From Sporopachydermia quercuum (lineage: Eukaryota): a stretch of DNA of 64,000 nucleotides. Below are positions 1 to 12,821 of the stretch, piece after piece (positions within the stretch are counted from its first letter, which is position 1; every line of letters starts with the position of its first letter). The translations under genes and the position numbers were made by a program. The notes beneath the pieces were generated by a model that searched no databases, had not been told where the DNA came from, and worked only from the letters and a program-made list of their open reading frames with translations. The DNA lies in assembly GCA_001599295.1 (NCBI GenBank), contig BCGN01000007.1:446433-510432 (forward strand), given 5' to 3'.

Positions 1-656
1 CTCAAACATTTCCATCTATCTTTCATTTTCTAACATTTCTTTGTTCGACGCATTTCATTCGCTCTATACTCACTCTCATTGTATCTTTCTTTGATAACAG
101 TTTATCCATTATACTCTATCCACCAGTTAATATGTTAGACAGCCGTATNAACTTTGTTGTATCAGTACATAATGCCTACCCCATACTTTTTTTCTCCGTA
201 CATAATGTGCTCAGGCTCAATAATCATTCACTCGTTGAAATTTTATCCTTCANTTAATAGATTTGTTTCCTTTTAAATGCTCGGAATTCGTTTTCTTTAA
301 TTTTGTCAAATTTCGGAGAATCTTTCTATCTAAATATCGTGACTGTAATTATCTTTGTTGTTTTCTGAAGGAATCATTTATTGTACTAGTACTATATGAT
401 TTTTAATTCAGCTTTTCCTTGCTAATCATTTATAATAATTGATCATACGTTTTTCACTACTCACTTCTTACTGGAAGTTATCAGAGGTTCTGAAAACATA
501 TATAAACGATATTCTCTCGTTTGGATTACCGAACTTGTCTTTCAATCTGATTTTTCCTTAACAAGTTTTGATTTCTTTTAAACGAAATTAAGCATAGTAA
601 TAATTCGTCTAACAAACAACAATTATTATTCACTTTATATCAAATATATATACAAA

Positions 657-1922
657 ATGACTACCTCAGTTATTCCTGAATTCGAAGAAGCTACGCCAGA
701 GAAAAAGCAAATCATCATTATAGGTGCTGGCCCAACTGGTTTGTTCTTAGCTTTGAAGCTTGTTCAAGCAGGAATCAATGTTCTTGTAATTGAAGCAGAG
801 GACCAAATCAATCAATCACCAAGAGCAACCACTTATGTTCCAATTGTCTTGAATGAAATGGAAAAAGTAGGTATCATTGATGATGTTCTGAAAGCTGGTT
901 ACACTAATACTGAAGGTATTCTTTTCAGAAAACCTTTCTACAAGGGTGATACAATTCTAGCAAACCAATCTTTAGGTTTGATTCCAAAGGGTGTCTTGAA
1001 ATATGGACACGCTGGTGTTCACTTAGGGCAACCTTTACTGGCAGCAATCATTCTCAAGCATGCTAAGAACTATCCAAATTTTGAAATTCACTATGGTGAG
1101 AGATATGGTGGTGCCAGAGAAGATCCTGTTACTCACGAAATCTCGGTTATCACTACTGATTTCAAAACAAGAAAGGAGAAGTTTTACACCACTGACTACT
1201 TGGTTGGATGTGACGGGGCTGGCTCCGCAGTTAGAAAATCGTTAGCAATTCCATTTGAAGGTTTCACATGGCAAGATTTCAGATTCATGGCAACAAACGT
1301 TCGTTATAACTTTGAGAAGTATGGTTACTCAGCAGCAAACATGATTGTTGACGAAGAAGATTGGGCAGTCATTGCAAGAGCAGGACCTGCTGATGAAAAC
1401 ATTTGGAGAATTGCTTATGGTGTGAGAACCTCAGTTCCAGATGATAAGTTATTGGATACCATTAAAGACAAGTTTGAGAAGTTGATTCCAGGCCCAAGAC
1501 CCTTGGAGTATGAATTACTTGCTGCAAATCCTTACTGGGCTCATCAAAGAATTGCCAAAACCTACAGAGTTGGCAGAATAATCCTATGTGGTGATGCTTC
1601 TCACTCTAATAACCCAATTGGAGGTTTAGGGTTAACTTCTGGTTTGTTAGACTCTTCCACTCTTGGATCTTGTCTTATCAAGATTATTAATGAAAATGCT
1701 GATTCTGAATCATATTTGGAAAGATATGCTGTGGGTAGAAGAACTGCCTANAAGGAATATACTTACACTCAAAGTATTCAAAACAAATTGAGATTACATT
1801 CTGATGATCCTGAAATTGTTAAGAAAAGAGAAGATTTCTTTGACTCGATTAATAACGATCCTGATTTCCATGTTAAGGTAGCTAACATGATGAACGAAGT
1901 TCTTCAAGACGACTTTGAGTAA
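657..1922 (+). CDS. Group A flavoprotein (FAD-dependent) monooxygenase, aromatic hydroxylase family
   Basis: 421-aa ORF with GAGPTG Rossmann motif, 'LVGCDGAGSAVRK' DG motif and 'GDASHSNNPIGGLGLTSG' GD motif. TATA-like TATATAAA at about 500. Confidence 0.9.
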   Translation: MTTSVIPEFEEATPEKKQIIIIGAGPTGLFLALKLVQAGINVLVIEAEDQINQSPRATTYVPIVLNEMEKVGIIDDVLKAGYTNTEGILFRKPFYKGDTILANQSLGLIPKGVLKYGHAGVHLGQPLLAAIILKHAKNYPNFEIHYGERYGGAREDPVTHEISVITTDFKTRKEKFYTTDYLVGCDGAGSAVRKSLAIPFEGFTWQDFRFMATNVRYNFEKYGYSAANMIVDEEDWAVIARAGPADENIWRIAYGVRTSVPDDKLLDTIKDKFEKLIPGPRPLEYELLAANPYWAHQRIAKTYRVGRIILCGDASHSNNPIGGLGLTSGLLDSSTLGSCLIKIINENADSESYLERYAVGRRTAXKEYTYTQSIQNKLRLHSDDPEIVKKREDFFDSINNDPDFHVKVANMMNEVLQDDFE

Positions 1923-3264
1923 TTGAGTCAAATTATGCTCAGGCGCTATAAGCCAAACCTATATATGTTAACGATAGAGAAGTAGATTTTATCTAATTAT
2001 GAGTATAATGAATTAAATTTGTTAGTTGAAATTTACATAACTCAAGAACGAGTGTCTTCTTAAAAGTAAGTGACAACGCGATCATGGGGATAAGTGAAGT
2101 TATGGAGATTAACGAAAAAGAGATCATTGTATATGAAAAATGAGTGGAAGAACTGAAGGAAATTCGTAGCCCTGCTATTTCCATCTTCTATTTGTAGTTT
2201 ATAGTGACGCTCCTATAGAATTATCATATTATTATTATTCTCCTCAAGCAGTGATTATTGATTCCCATACATTATCACCAGCATTGCTCTCACTCGAGCT
2301 GGTTGTGCCCCAACTTCTTGATATTACTTTTCCTTAATATTTAACTCTAAAGTAATATTTAGAGTTGAATAATAAGGTTAACGTTTAGACAAAACTTTAA
2401 CGGGTTTTTACTTGCCATATGAATTATCACGAATACTTTTATCCGAAAATTAGTTTTTTTCTTTGATGGTTGTTTACACTATCTTCATCTTAACTCTCAC
2501 CTCTCAGTTCACCGCACAGATACTTTAATATAATAACCTATTTTAAATCGATGATAAATTTCTTCTCTCCGCAATTCCCCAGATTTGAAAGGCTTGTCTC
2601 TCTCTCAGCTCCGCAGGAACAAAGGAGCAAAGGAATAGTCCAAGGCTGTCTCCTGGTTCCATATGATTTCTGTCTGCAATTCTCTCATTTTGCCGGCTCC
2701 TATTCTTGAAGATTACTCTGAGTAGTTCCATTCTGGCATTGATCTACCTCGCATATCAGGGTTCAGTTTTTTGTTTCCTTTTTACCTCCTCTGTATGTTT
2801 CCATTTTTTATGTCTTTACTTCTCTTCATGTCCTTTCTCATCATTTCCTTTTCCAGGATACTACGTAAGCAAAACTAACCGAAACCCTCCGAAAGATAAA
2901 TGATTACCTTCCGGGGATCTTTCCATTATAGTCTAGGTGTATGGATGTTTTGCCATACTGCAAAGTGAGATCTGATGTTAAAATCGTTCACCTTTCAACT
3001 CCCTTTTACTATCAAATGTACGTGATCAAATCCGTATAATATCAACGGTGATTATCTGCACATAACTAGCCACAGATAAGCATCCGTTATATAAAATTGT
3101 ATAGAAGAGTTTTTGATGGTTACGCAGGATTGAAATACACATCATTAGATACATTTTAATACCAAATAAGGCTATCAGACTATCTTTTATTATATTTATA
3201 CGTATCAGTTCATTCCATACAATACCTCCACAGTAACGATAGCTAATTGTTGGGATACTTTCTA

Positions 3265-6138
3265 ATGGATTCGCTGGTAAATCATAGATCCAACATTATC
3301 AGCAACAGCGCGGTATCTGAGCTGTACGAAAGAAATGAAATCATCGGCAAAGGAAGATTTGGAACTGTCTATAAAGGTGTGAATAAGCAAACAAGCAAAG
3401 TAGTAGCAATCAAAGTTCTTGATCTAGATACCGAAGAAGATGAAGTAAGAGAAGTACAGCAGGAAATAACATTCCTCTCGCAGTTAAAACAAGTTCCAAA
3501 TGTAACAAACTATGAAGGCTGTTATTTAGATGGGTCCAAGATATGGATCGTCATGGATTACTGTGCTGGAGGCAATGTGCGTACACTTCTGAAACCTGGT
3601 CCTATAGAAGAAAAATATATTGGGATAATAATGAGAGAACTTCTAATAGCTCTACATTATGTACATAAAAATGGGGTTATTCATCGCGATATCAAAGCTG
3701 CAAACGTGTTGATAACGAAAGAAGGCAATGTTCGGTTATCAGATTTTGGAGTAGCCACCCAACTGACTTCCTTTCAGAAGATCACAGCTATGGCTGGAAC
3801 TCCTTACTGGATGGCACCAGAAGTAATCAAGGAGGACACTTCGTATGATGTTAAAGCAGATGTTTGGTCCTTAGGGATCACCACTTATGAGATAGCATCA
3901 GGAAATCCGCCTTACTGTGATAAAGATGCTGCATGGGCTATGCAGTTATTAACGAAAAGCAAACCTCCCAGACTTGATGGCTCACAGTATTCTCCTATAC
4001 TAAGAGAATTTGTTGCCTTATGTTTAGACGAATCTCCAGAAGAACGGCCAATGGCAGAGGATTTACTGAAATGCAGATTTGTTAAACAATATAAGAATCT
4101 TCCAACAATAACTCTCCGTGATCTAATTATACGCTATCGACGTTGGAAGCAAGAAAAACGTAATAACAGGGACAGTATGTCTATTCTTCAACGAGAGGAT
4201 TCACGTTCGGGCAGTGAAAGATCGCAATCTGATCTTGAGTGGGATTTCAACTCAGCAGGTGATTTCACTACAAATGATGCAACATTAATGAGAGAAACAG
4301 GGAAAGTGTTCGATGGACTGGGTAAAAGCAGCACGATGAACGTCACAGGTTCATTACAGAGATCAAATCCTGCTTATAATAACGAGTATGAAGATTCTGT
4401 GGGGCCCTTAGGATTAACTGGATCTCCTAAAAGGCATACAGGACAAATGAGTCTCGACCCTAAGGCTAATAGTATGAATTACGGCAATAGCCATAGCATT
4501 CATTCTAATGCTCCTTCTTATAAACGAAGTAATCCACATTCAAGCGCTCATTCTCAAAGCAATAATCAGGAACAGGAACCTCTGGAGAAACCAACATTTA
4601 TGAAAGACATTCCTAAGTCTCTTTCTGAGCTTTTCATCAACCCTGCTGAAGAATCAAATAAGCAACATAATAATCCCAACCATTATCTAGATGGAATTCA
4701 ACCACCAAACGCATCAATGCTGTCAGGAATGACTCCTACGGCACTATCATCGCCTTCTGTTGAGATTGAAATACCTAATTTCGAAGCTTTACCTGTTGTT
4801 CCAACGCCTTCAGCATCAACCACCAGTCTTCCTGTTCAGGCAATTGCATCGCATAAGTCTCAATCATCATTCAAAAGACCACCANCAAGAGTTCATGCTA
4901 ACACGGTATCAGAACTTGATGTTGTTGACAGCAGCCGCAGTCCTGCCAATTTGATGAATACTACTGCTAATCATAGCACTAGCAAGCTCCAGAGAGATCA
5001 TGAATCGATGAAATCCAGGAGCTCCGCTAGTATCAACACAAATATGGGTAAATCCATGCATATGCAAATGAATATGAATATGAATGCTCACATGAATCAG
5101 AGGGCTAATCCTATTGTAATGCCGCCTCCTGGTGGTACCAATGGTACACCTTCTACTGGAACACCTTTGTCTATCAACACTGCTAATCCTTCTGCTAATA
5201 CCAACGNCAATGCCTATAATAATACGAATAGTAATACTAGTGTCAGTACTAAGTCTAATACTATTGCTAACGCTAGTGCTAATGCTAATGCTAATTTAGG
5301 TGTCGTGTTCTCTCGCAGAACACCATCACCGAAGAGAATGGCGCCTTTATCAACAGGAACTTCTCCGTCTAAAACACTTACGAAGCCAATCGCTTCAAAA
5401 TCATTCAGCTCAGTAAACATGTCAGCTATGCAATCAGGACCATCACCAAGTGTTGCGTCCACGGGAAAACTCACCCCTGTAACTACCTTGGCCAATGTAT
5501 CGAAGGATATGAACTCGTTGAAGTCTCCATTATTCAATAAGTTCCCAAATACCAATATTAGCAATGCTGCGCATAGTTCTACCGTTGTTCCCACTGTGAA
5601 TACACAATGGTCTAGGTCTGACCCCTCTGCAGTTGGGAAATCAGCTCCTTCGCAGTTGTCTAATACATATAATGAGAATAATGGTAAACATAGCTTTGCT
5701 CGAGGAACAAAAACTGAAGATGGGAAAATGGGCTCGATGAATAAAGCGAATACTGGGACTCCAATTTCAATGCATACGGGACTAGGCAGAAGACAGCTTT
5801 CGTTTAGTTCTGGTATATCACATACGGGTACGAATGCTGCTGCTGCTGCTACTACTGGTAGTTCTCGGATGAACCCCAATGCTCATGCAAACGCTGTTAG
5901 TAATAATTTTCAAACCAATCTTCGTCATGAAACTGTGAAAACAATTGAAACTCCATTGGCATTTCCTAGTCTTCCTCCTTTGGATTCTTCTCTTTTGTTG
6001 GAAACCACCCCTCATAGCCGAGAATTGTTACTTGAAGGAATTGAAGACTTGGTGTCACGCTTCTACACTGGTTTAACGTGTTTGAGTGATTTAGTAGAGA
6101 GAATTGACAGTAGTAAAGTGACGAATTTGAGTACTTAA
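3265..6138 (+). CDS. KIC1: Ste20/GCK-III family Ser/Thr kinase, Kic1/Nak1-like (RAM network)
   Basis: N-terminal kinase domain (GKGRFG, VAIK, HRDIKAAN, DFG, GTPYWMAPE, GNPPY) followed by a long S/T/N-rich tail. The first ATG is at 3265; the track's TTG at 3247 is not a eukaryotic start. Confidence 0.85.
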   Translation: MDSLVNHRSNIISNSAVSELYERNEIIGKGRFGTVYKGVNKQTSKVVAIKVLDLDTEEDEVREVQQEITFLSQLKQVPNVTNYEGCYLDGSKIWIVMDYCAGGNVRTLLKPGPIEEKYIGIIMRELLIALHYVHKNGVIHRDIKAANVLITKEGNVRLSDFGVATQLTSFQKITAMAGTPYWMAPEVIKEDTSYDVKADVWSLGITTYEIASGNPPYCDKDAAWAMQLLTKSKPPRLDGSQYSPILREFVALCLDESPEERPMAEDLLKCRFVKQYKNLPTITLRDLIIRYRRWKQEKRNNRDSMSILQREDSRSGSERSQSDLEWDFNSAGDFTTNDATLMRETGKVFDGLGKSSTMNVTGSLQRSNPAYNNEYEDSVGPLGLTGSPKRHTGQMSLDPKANSMNYGNSHSIHSNAPSYKRSNPHSSAHSQSNNQEQEPLEKPTFMKDIPKSLSELFINPAEESNKQHNNPNHYLDGIQPPNASMLSGMTPTALSSPSVEIEIPNFEALPVVPTPSASTTSLPVQAIASHKSQSSFKRPPXRVHANTVSELDVVDSSRSPANLMNTTANHSTSKLQRDHESMKSRSSASINTNMGKSMHMQMNMNMNAHMNQRANPIVMPPPGGTNGTPSTGTPLSINTANPSANTNXNAYNNTNSNTSVSTKSNTIANASANANANLGVVFSRRTPSPKRMAPLSTGTSPSKTLTKPIASKSFSSVNMSAMQSGPSPSVASTGKLTPVTTLANVSKDMNSLKSPLFNKFPNTNISNAAHSSTVVPTVNTQWSRSDPSAVGKSAPSQLSNTYNENNGKHSFARGTKTEDGKMGSMNKANTGTPISMHTGLGRRQLSFSSGISHTGTNAAAAATTGSSRMNPNAHANAVSNNFQTNLRHETVKTIETPLAFPSLPPLDSSLLLETTPHSRELLLEGIEDLVSRFYTGLTCLSDLVERIDSSKVTNLST

Positions 6139-7398
6139 ATTTGGTTTGTTGGACAGTATCGTGATAATAGTAAAGGGATTGGTATGGATAAGGATAAGAA
6201 TAGGATATGGGTAGGTAAAATAGTTGAATCGGAGTTAATAGCTAATATTTCTTGCATATATGGTTTTAAAATGTCAGCTTATCTGTTGATTAGTCGATTT
6301 GGGAAGTTCTAGTGGTAATCATGTACCAAAGTGACTTTGTTCTAATATATCCACGATTACCTCCTGGTCCTCTTCAAATATCAAAACTAAAAACTAAATA
6401 ATAGAAGCATGTAAATAGTAGTCGAATTACGATAAATAGTGCAATACATACTGAAAACTCATTCAAACTGACAGCTNATTCGGTTGAAACCACTTCCTAG
6501 TATGTAGTCAATTCCGGAGATCATGCACTCAGTTCATTATGTTTTCCTGCAGAACTAAGCATGCATATGTTAGCAAAAAAACTGTCATAAATGCGAGAAA
6601 TGAATACAGGTACTTGTATTTAAGACATTTTCTTTGAATAATACGCATACGGTATTGATTATTTTGTATTAATTTATTAATGCCAAAGTACAACAATTAT
6701 AATAATATCAATACAACAGTTTTGCCTCTCTTACATATTGTTATCATCTAGCATTAAATAGAATGAAAATCACTGTTAAGGTTATCATCAGATTACATCA
6801 TCCAATAATTGCTTTTCTGGTATCTCAAAAAATTCGAAAATAATTCAGCCACAAAAGAACCCGCCAAAATTATGAAGAATGCTATACATCCTAGTAAGCC
6901 AAGCCACAATTGAAAAGCCACCTATTATTGAGCAAACCTAATTGATTGATCAAACAGACAAATTTCTTTTTCCCACCATGACAATAATCATCGCAATGGT
7001 AATCATTACATTAATGCCAATAATTAGACGTTTTCTTCTTATTTTTATACGTTGCATTCATATTAGAAGCTGATTGTAGTATGTTGTTTATCATTTCATA
7101 CTGATAGCTCTTGTGTATGATTATTTATCATCTGCCTGATTGGTAGGCTATTAGTTCAATTGTTGATGTTCGCGTTTTCTACTTTGCTCTTATCAAGATA
7201 GTTAACGTAGAGAAGATAAAGAATCTCTACTGATATTCTCTCGTTATAATAAGAACATCATTTTTTACTCTCAAATATACTGATGCTAATATTATTGACG
7301 CCTTCAACTTCATTTATTTGCAATAAGTTTATCCTATATCCAATACCATATGCTCACTCATTAGCCAATGATATAGTCTCACAGTCTATTAGATCGAC

Positions 7399-8789
7399 AT
7401 GTCACAATAGTATGTTTACCTTTTGAGAACGGCTCATTCATTTTCTAATAACTCACTATATTAGTAACTATCTTACTAACTATTGCTAGTTTCAACGACC
7501 TAAAAGATACTATAATCTCTCTTTTCAATCCAACATTGATTCTACCATTAATATCCTCATTCATATTTGATTGGCTATACGTTGCAGTAGGAGCTGTGAT
7601 ATTTCTTTTCTATTTCGAATCAGCTGAACCTTTCCATAGACAATTTGCGCTTAACGATGTCCGAATCATGCACCCTTTCGCCGAAGTCGAGACAGTCTCT
7701 GGTGGACTATGTCTAATACTGGCTTCCATGATTCCCTTAACAACTATTGTGGTGATATCCTTTTGGTTTGAGCTTTCATGGATTGGCAGAGCAAAATACA
7801 AGTATCTACGAGAAATGAAAACCTTAGATTCTAAACGCACTCACACCAGGTCCAATTCAAGTGCTACATCTGGTCATGTAAACTTGCGAGAACTCATCTG
7901 GAAAGCTTTCAATGACACAACTAGAATTGAACCAACATCACTACTTTATCTTTTACATCAGTCTGTTCTTGCACTATGTATGACGTTAATTACCAACGGT
8001 ATCGTAACAGATATACTAAAGAATTGGATTGGTAATCCTAGACCTGATTTTATTGATAGATGTCAACCTAATTATGCCAAAGCAGAGGAGATTCTTGCTG
8101 GCAATCCTTTATATAATAGTAATGGTGAATATCCCTACAATGTGTTGTTCGATATATCAATCTGTACAAGCACTGATATGAATATTTTACAGGATGGATT
8201 TAGGAGTACACCGTCTGGACATTCATCATTCAGCTTTGCAGGACTTGGTTTTATTTCTTTATGGCTCTTTGGTCAATTCTCTTTACTAAATGGGTTCTCG
8301 CCATACTTTCAAACATCCATAAGTATATTTAGGCTACGAGGAAGAAGCGCAACTTCAGAGCCTACAATTTCCAGTGGAGCAGGTGCTGCAGCTACTACAG
8401 CGTCTTTTGGGTTTTCTTATTTATTTGAAAACTTCATTAACACCAGAAATGAGTTTTTCCATAAGGTAAGAACACAACTTGTGCTATTATCTCTTTTACC
8501 ATCTGCTCTTGCAGCGTTTGTTGCACTATCAAGGACTAGAGATTATAGACATCATAATTTTGATGTCATTAGTGGTAGCATAATTGGCTCAACAGTGGCT
8601 TATTTATTCTACAGAAGGTATTTCCCATCGTTATCAGCAGATGATTGCTTTATTCCAAATCTTATAATCAAAAGCGAAGCTGGTGATTATGAAGAATTTA
8701 GTTACCAGCCTATAGGAATTAACGACAGTAATTCAGGAAGTGGAGCTGATTCAATATCAACAGATCAAGAGCTTGGTACAATTGTCTAG
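7399..8789 (+). CDS. PAP2-family lipid phosphate phosphatase (Dpp1/Lpp1-like); join(7399..7409,7490..8789)
   Basis: Motifs KNWIGNPRP, PSGH and SRTRDYRHHNFD, plus TM segments. ATG TCA CAA TA|GTATGT(7410)...TACTAAC(7474)...TAG(7489) splices in frame to give MSQYFNDLKDTIISLFNPTLILP. Confidence 0.9.
7410..7489 (+). other. Spliceosomal intron (80 nt) in the PAP2 gene
   Basis: GTATGT donor, TACTAAC branch point, TAG acceptor. Splicing supplies the missing ATG in frame. Confidence 0.9.
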
Positions 8790-9176
8790 ATGATTTGATA
8801 GACATACCAACTGTAAAAGAAAAAAAAACATAGTAGAAGCAATATGAGAAAGGTCTATGAGAGAATTGAGACCTGGATGGTGTTTCCAAAATGACACTTT
8901 TATCAATGTGTGAATATTGAATATTCTGAGATTTTGGTTCAATTAGTTTCATGAGAAATATCGTCTAGCTATGGTGAGCCAACGTATAGGAGAGTTATTC
9001 AATGACTAAACAACGGAGATTCATTAGACATTTACCTTACACACTTATATTCTCACTTATATTTTGCGACAAAATAAATATATATATTTGTACAGGAAAT
9101 ACGTTACGTAGACTCTTTTCATCCCGTTAATCACCCATTTTCATCAGAGANCAATAGAGATCAACTTGCTGCTGAG

Positions 9177-9540
9177 CACGTGGTCTCTCTTCAAAGTGCT
9201 ATGATATTGCTCATGTGAAAAACATAATACATCTGAAGTGAGACCTCATGTTCACTAAGGGAGATTCCAGCTTTAATTCTGACGCGTAATTCAATACATT
9301 GATTACAAGGGAAATTCCTGTAAATAAACAACGTGTATACAGTAATAAATTATTTAAATGCCTATTGTGACGAAATTTCCATCCCGCATTCTTAACATTC
9401 TCATCTTGGTTTACCAGACAGTGTACTTGTCAATGGTAACATTCATCAATGGCAATTCGCGTTCTCTCATTCGAAACAAGTATACACGTGACGTACTATA
9501 CAAAGTGATGCAAATTCAGGTGACTTCTTTAGCCACAAAT
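9177..9540. promoter_or_regulatory. Cbf1-type E-boxes upstream of SAM synthetase
   Basis: CACGTG at 9177 and CACGTGAC at 9485-9492, plus GCCACA at 9532 (core of the Met31/32 site). This fits Met4-regulon control known in yeasts; function here is inferred. Confidence 0.5.
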
Positions 9541-10204
9541 GNTTTTAAACTTCCTGAAATTCTGTAATTGGAAGAAAACGTGAAATTTCATCACACTCGT
9601 ATACAACACGCATATGTCTAATTATTGCTCAGAAAGTAACAGAAATCTTATAACAATACCATTAAAAGTACCAGATAAAGTGAATATGTCCAGAAAAGAT
9701 ACAAATATATAGTTAAAAGTTTTGAATCACGTTCAAATCACTCAAAAAATCAACTTTTCGTCATAATTTTCATAACTCTCCTTGTCCAATATCCCATTTC
9801 CCAACACCCAGAACGCAGTGCTCTCTTTTCACATGTTATCCTAATTAGACTAAAAACAAACTTTATCTCCAAACTTTATCCCATATTCCCTCAACCTTCA
9901 AACCTTCTTTTTATTTTTCACTCGAGATTTCACAAATCTCCAAGCATACATTCTACCACAATTGCAAATAGAAGGCTAACAAAATTTTCTCTTAGTAAAT
10001 CGACTTGTTGGTCTTTTCATTTCTCTTTCTTCTTTCTAATTATCAGAAAGCATTTGCTATTGACACATTTCTTACTGCTTCTTCTTCTTTTCTATTAACT
10101 ACAACTATAGTTTGTTTCTACCTGATAACCATAAATCGAAACATCAACTAACTACTGTGTGCAGTATATTGTATATATTTATATCATTCATATATTTATC
10201 AAAG

Positions 10205-11368
10205 ATGACCCAAACTAAATACGAAGACACTTTCTTCTTCACCTCTGAATCTGTTGGTGAAGGACATCCTGACAAGATCTGTGATCAAGTCTCCGATGCC
10301 ATCTTAGACGCCTGCTTGGCAGTTGATCCTTTATCCAAGGTTGCCTGTGAAACTGCTGCTAAGACCGGCATGATAATGGTTTTCGGTGAAATCACCACCA
10401 AAGCACAAATTGACTTCCAAAAGGTTGTCCGTGATGCCGTTAAGCACATTGGTTATGACCATTCCGATAAGGGATTTGACTATAAGACCTGTAATGTTTT
10501 GGTTGCTATTGAACAGCAATCTCCAGATATTGCCCAAGGTCTTCACTACGAGAAAGCTTTGGAAGATTTAGGAGCTGGTGATCAAGGTATTATGTTCGGT
10601 TATGCTACTGATGAAACCGAAGAATTATTACCCTTGACAATTTTACTCGCCCATAAGCTTAATAAGGCTATGGCTGACGCCAGAAGAGACGGCTCTCTTG
10701 GCTGGTTGCGACCTGACAGTAAGACTCAAGTTACAATTGAATACGCTAATGTCAATGGTGCCACTATTCCTTTGAGAGTTGATACTGTTGTTATTTCTAC
10801 TCAGCATGCTGAAGAAATCTCTACTGAAGATTTGAGAACAGAAATTTTGGAAAAAATCATCAAGAAGACCATTCCTGCTAACTTATTAGACGATAAGACC
10901 ATTTATCACATTCAACCATCAGGAAGATTCGTCATTGGTGGTCCTCAGGGTGACGCTGGTCTTACTGGTCGTAAGATTATTGTTGATACTTATGGTGGAT
11001 GGGGTGCTCACGGTGGCGGTGCTTTCTCCGGTAAGGATTTCTCAAAGGTCGACAGATCTGCTGCTTATGCTGCCAGATGGGTTGCCAAGTCTATTGTTGC
11101 CGCTGGTTTAGCCAAGCGTGCTTTAGTTCAGTTCTCTTACGCCATTGGTGTCGCTGAACCTTTGTCTATTCACGTTGATACCTACGGTACTTCCAAATAC
11201 TCATCCTCTGAATTGGTTGAAATCGTCAGAAAGAACTTTGACTTGAGACCTGGTGTCATTGTCAAGGAATTGAACTTAGCTCGTCCTATTTACTTCAAGA
11301 CTGCTTCTTATGGTCATTTCACCAATCAAGAAAATAGCTGGGAAAAGCCAAAGGCTCTTACTTTGTAA
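10205..11368 (+). CDS. SAM2: S-adenosylmethionine synthetase
   Basis: [19 protein letters not shown] and GGGAFSGKD motifs. ATG at 10205 (MTQTKYED). Strong codon bias. Confidence 0.97.
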   Translation: MTQTKYEDTFFFTSESVGEGHPDKICDQVSDAILDACLAVDPLSKVACETAAKTGMIMVFGEITTKAQIDFQKVVRDAVKHIGYDHSDKGFDYKTCNVLVAIEQQSPDIAQGLHYEKALEDLGAGDQGIMFGYATDETEELLPLTILLAHKLNKAMADARRDGSLGWLRPDSKTQVTIEYANVNGATIPLRVDTVVISTQHAEEISTEDLRTEILEKIIKKTIPANLLDDKTIYHIQPSGRFVIGGPQGDAGLTGRKIIVDTYGGWGAHGGGAFSGKDFSKVDRSAAYAARWVAKSIVAAGLAKRALVQFSYAIGVAEPLSIHVDTYGTSKYSSSELVEIVRKNFDLRPGVIVKELNLARPIYFKTASYGHFTNQENSWEKPKALTL

Positions 11369-12821
11369 GTAAGATCTCTGCCCAGTTTTTCGATCATTAC
11401 GACACACCCTGGATTTTAACATAGGTTGAGCTTTGTCTCCATGGTTTAACTCCTCTTATGTATATATGAAAAATAACTATTTAATTAACTCAATACTGAC
11501 GCTCAACTCGTCGTATTGGCCAACAGTTGATTTTCATTCAGGTTATAATAGTTTCGCTGCTATGATTATACCTGGTTGATCTTTACTGTTTGCATCATAT
11601 TCACGTGCATATTTCTGTTTTTACGTTCATCTTTTTCATAATTACTTAACTGTACCATTTCTCTTTGTTTCTTTCATTATTCTTTATTCTTATATTCAGG
11701 CTGGGTCACTTCTTAGAGTTTTTACTGTATGGTGGTTCCTTCATCTTTATTGGTTATCAGGGTTTGGGAGATAAATGATTTACTTTGCAGGTCCTCAACG
11801 GGCTTTAATATAATAATGTTTTCATTGGGATTTTTGTAGTTTGTAGGATTAGTATATGATTGATGTAGCAGAATACCCTAAGGGTTTTGTCATTGGTGGC
11901 CTTGAAAGNTGTGATTCAGGTGCCACTGAGTTGTGCTGTAAAGTTGATATACTTGAAAAAGAAACATCCAATGGGATATGACTGAAACCACCAAGGTTGG
12001 CCCTTTCCCTGAAATTGTTGATGCTGATATCTTCGTAACTGTATTTACTTATCTAAGTCGATTGTGGCGGAGAATTAAAAAAAATAGCATAAAAATAAAG
12101 TCAACAGGACAATGAACCTCTAATGGTTTAATTTCTGAGTATAATGTAGGAGAACCAATAGCAATAACAAGTATTGTGCTTCAAGATCATATCAAAGCAA
12201 AGGGATAGAAAGGGAGAAGACAGTTAATTAGGTGAAAACGACATCTCAAGTCCTACTACTCAAGTTCTAATAATTTGACTAGAAAATGATACAGAAAAAT
12301 AATAAAACATCATAGGCATAACAAGCTACAGTAAGCTTTAATAATCTAAGATACATATATGAATCAGGAAAGATCCGATTCTTGGAGGTTGACTGGTTTA
12401 TTGGTAACAGCCATCAACTACTCGATACAGTATGCTGTTTCTCCTGATGATAAATCTTTTCATTGGGGAATGGATACTCAGGATCATATCAACAATTGAT
12501 ATAGTATTTGTTTAACTGAAGGAAGAAGCAGAGAACTGGTGGGGCGGGGTTACACTTTTTGATCTAGCAATACTCAACAACTAGATGAAAATGCGTGATA
12601 TAAATACAATTGAACAGAGAAATTAGTATTCAAATTGACATAATAAACTAAAAATACATCAGAGGCATCATCACCTTTCTATGATCGTCATAGTTTTCTT
12701 CTTCACTTATCTCGTTCAGTTTAATCACTATCAGAATCACTTTCTTTACTGGAAGCACCAGTTCTGTTACCATTGTCATCACTTTTACTGCTGGTGATTT
12801 TGAAACTGAGAATTGGTTTCT

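Noticed and set aside
2706..2931. 65-aa ORF and GTATGT(2793)...AACTAAC(2873) intron-like signals upstream of KIC1
   Set aside because: The start is TTG, there is no good nearby YAG, and no spliced product gives a recognisable protein.
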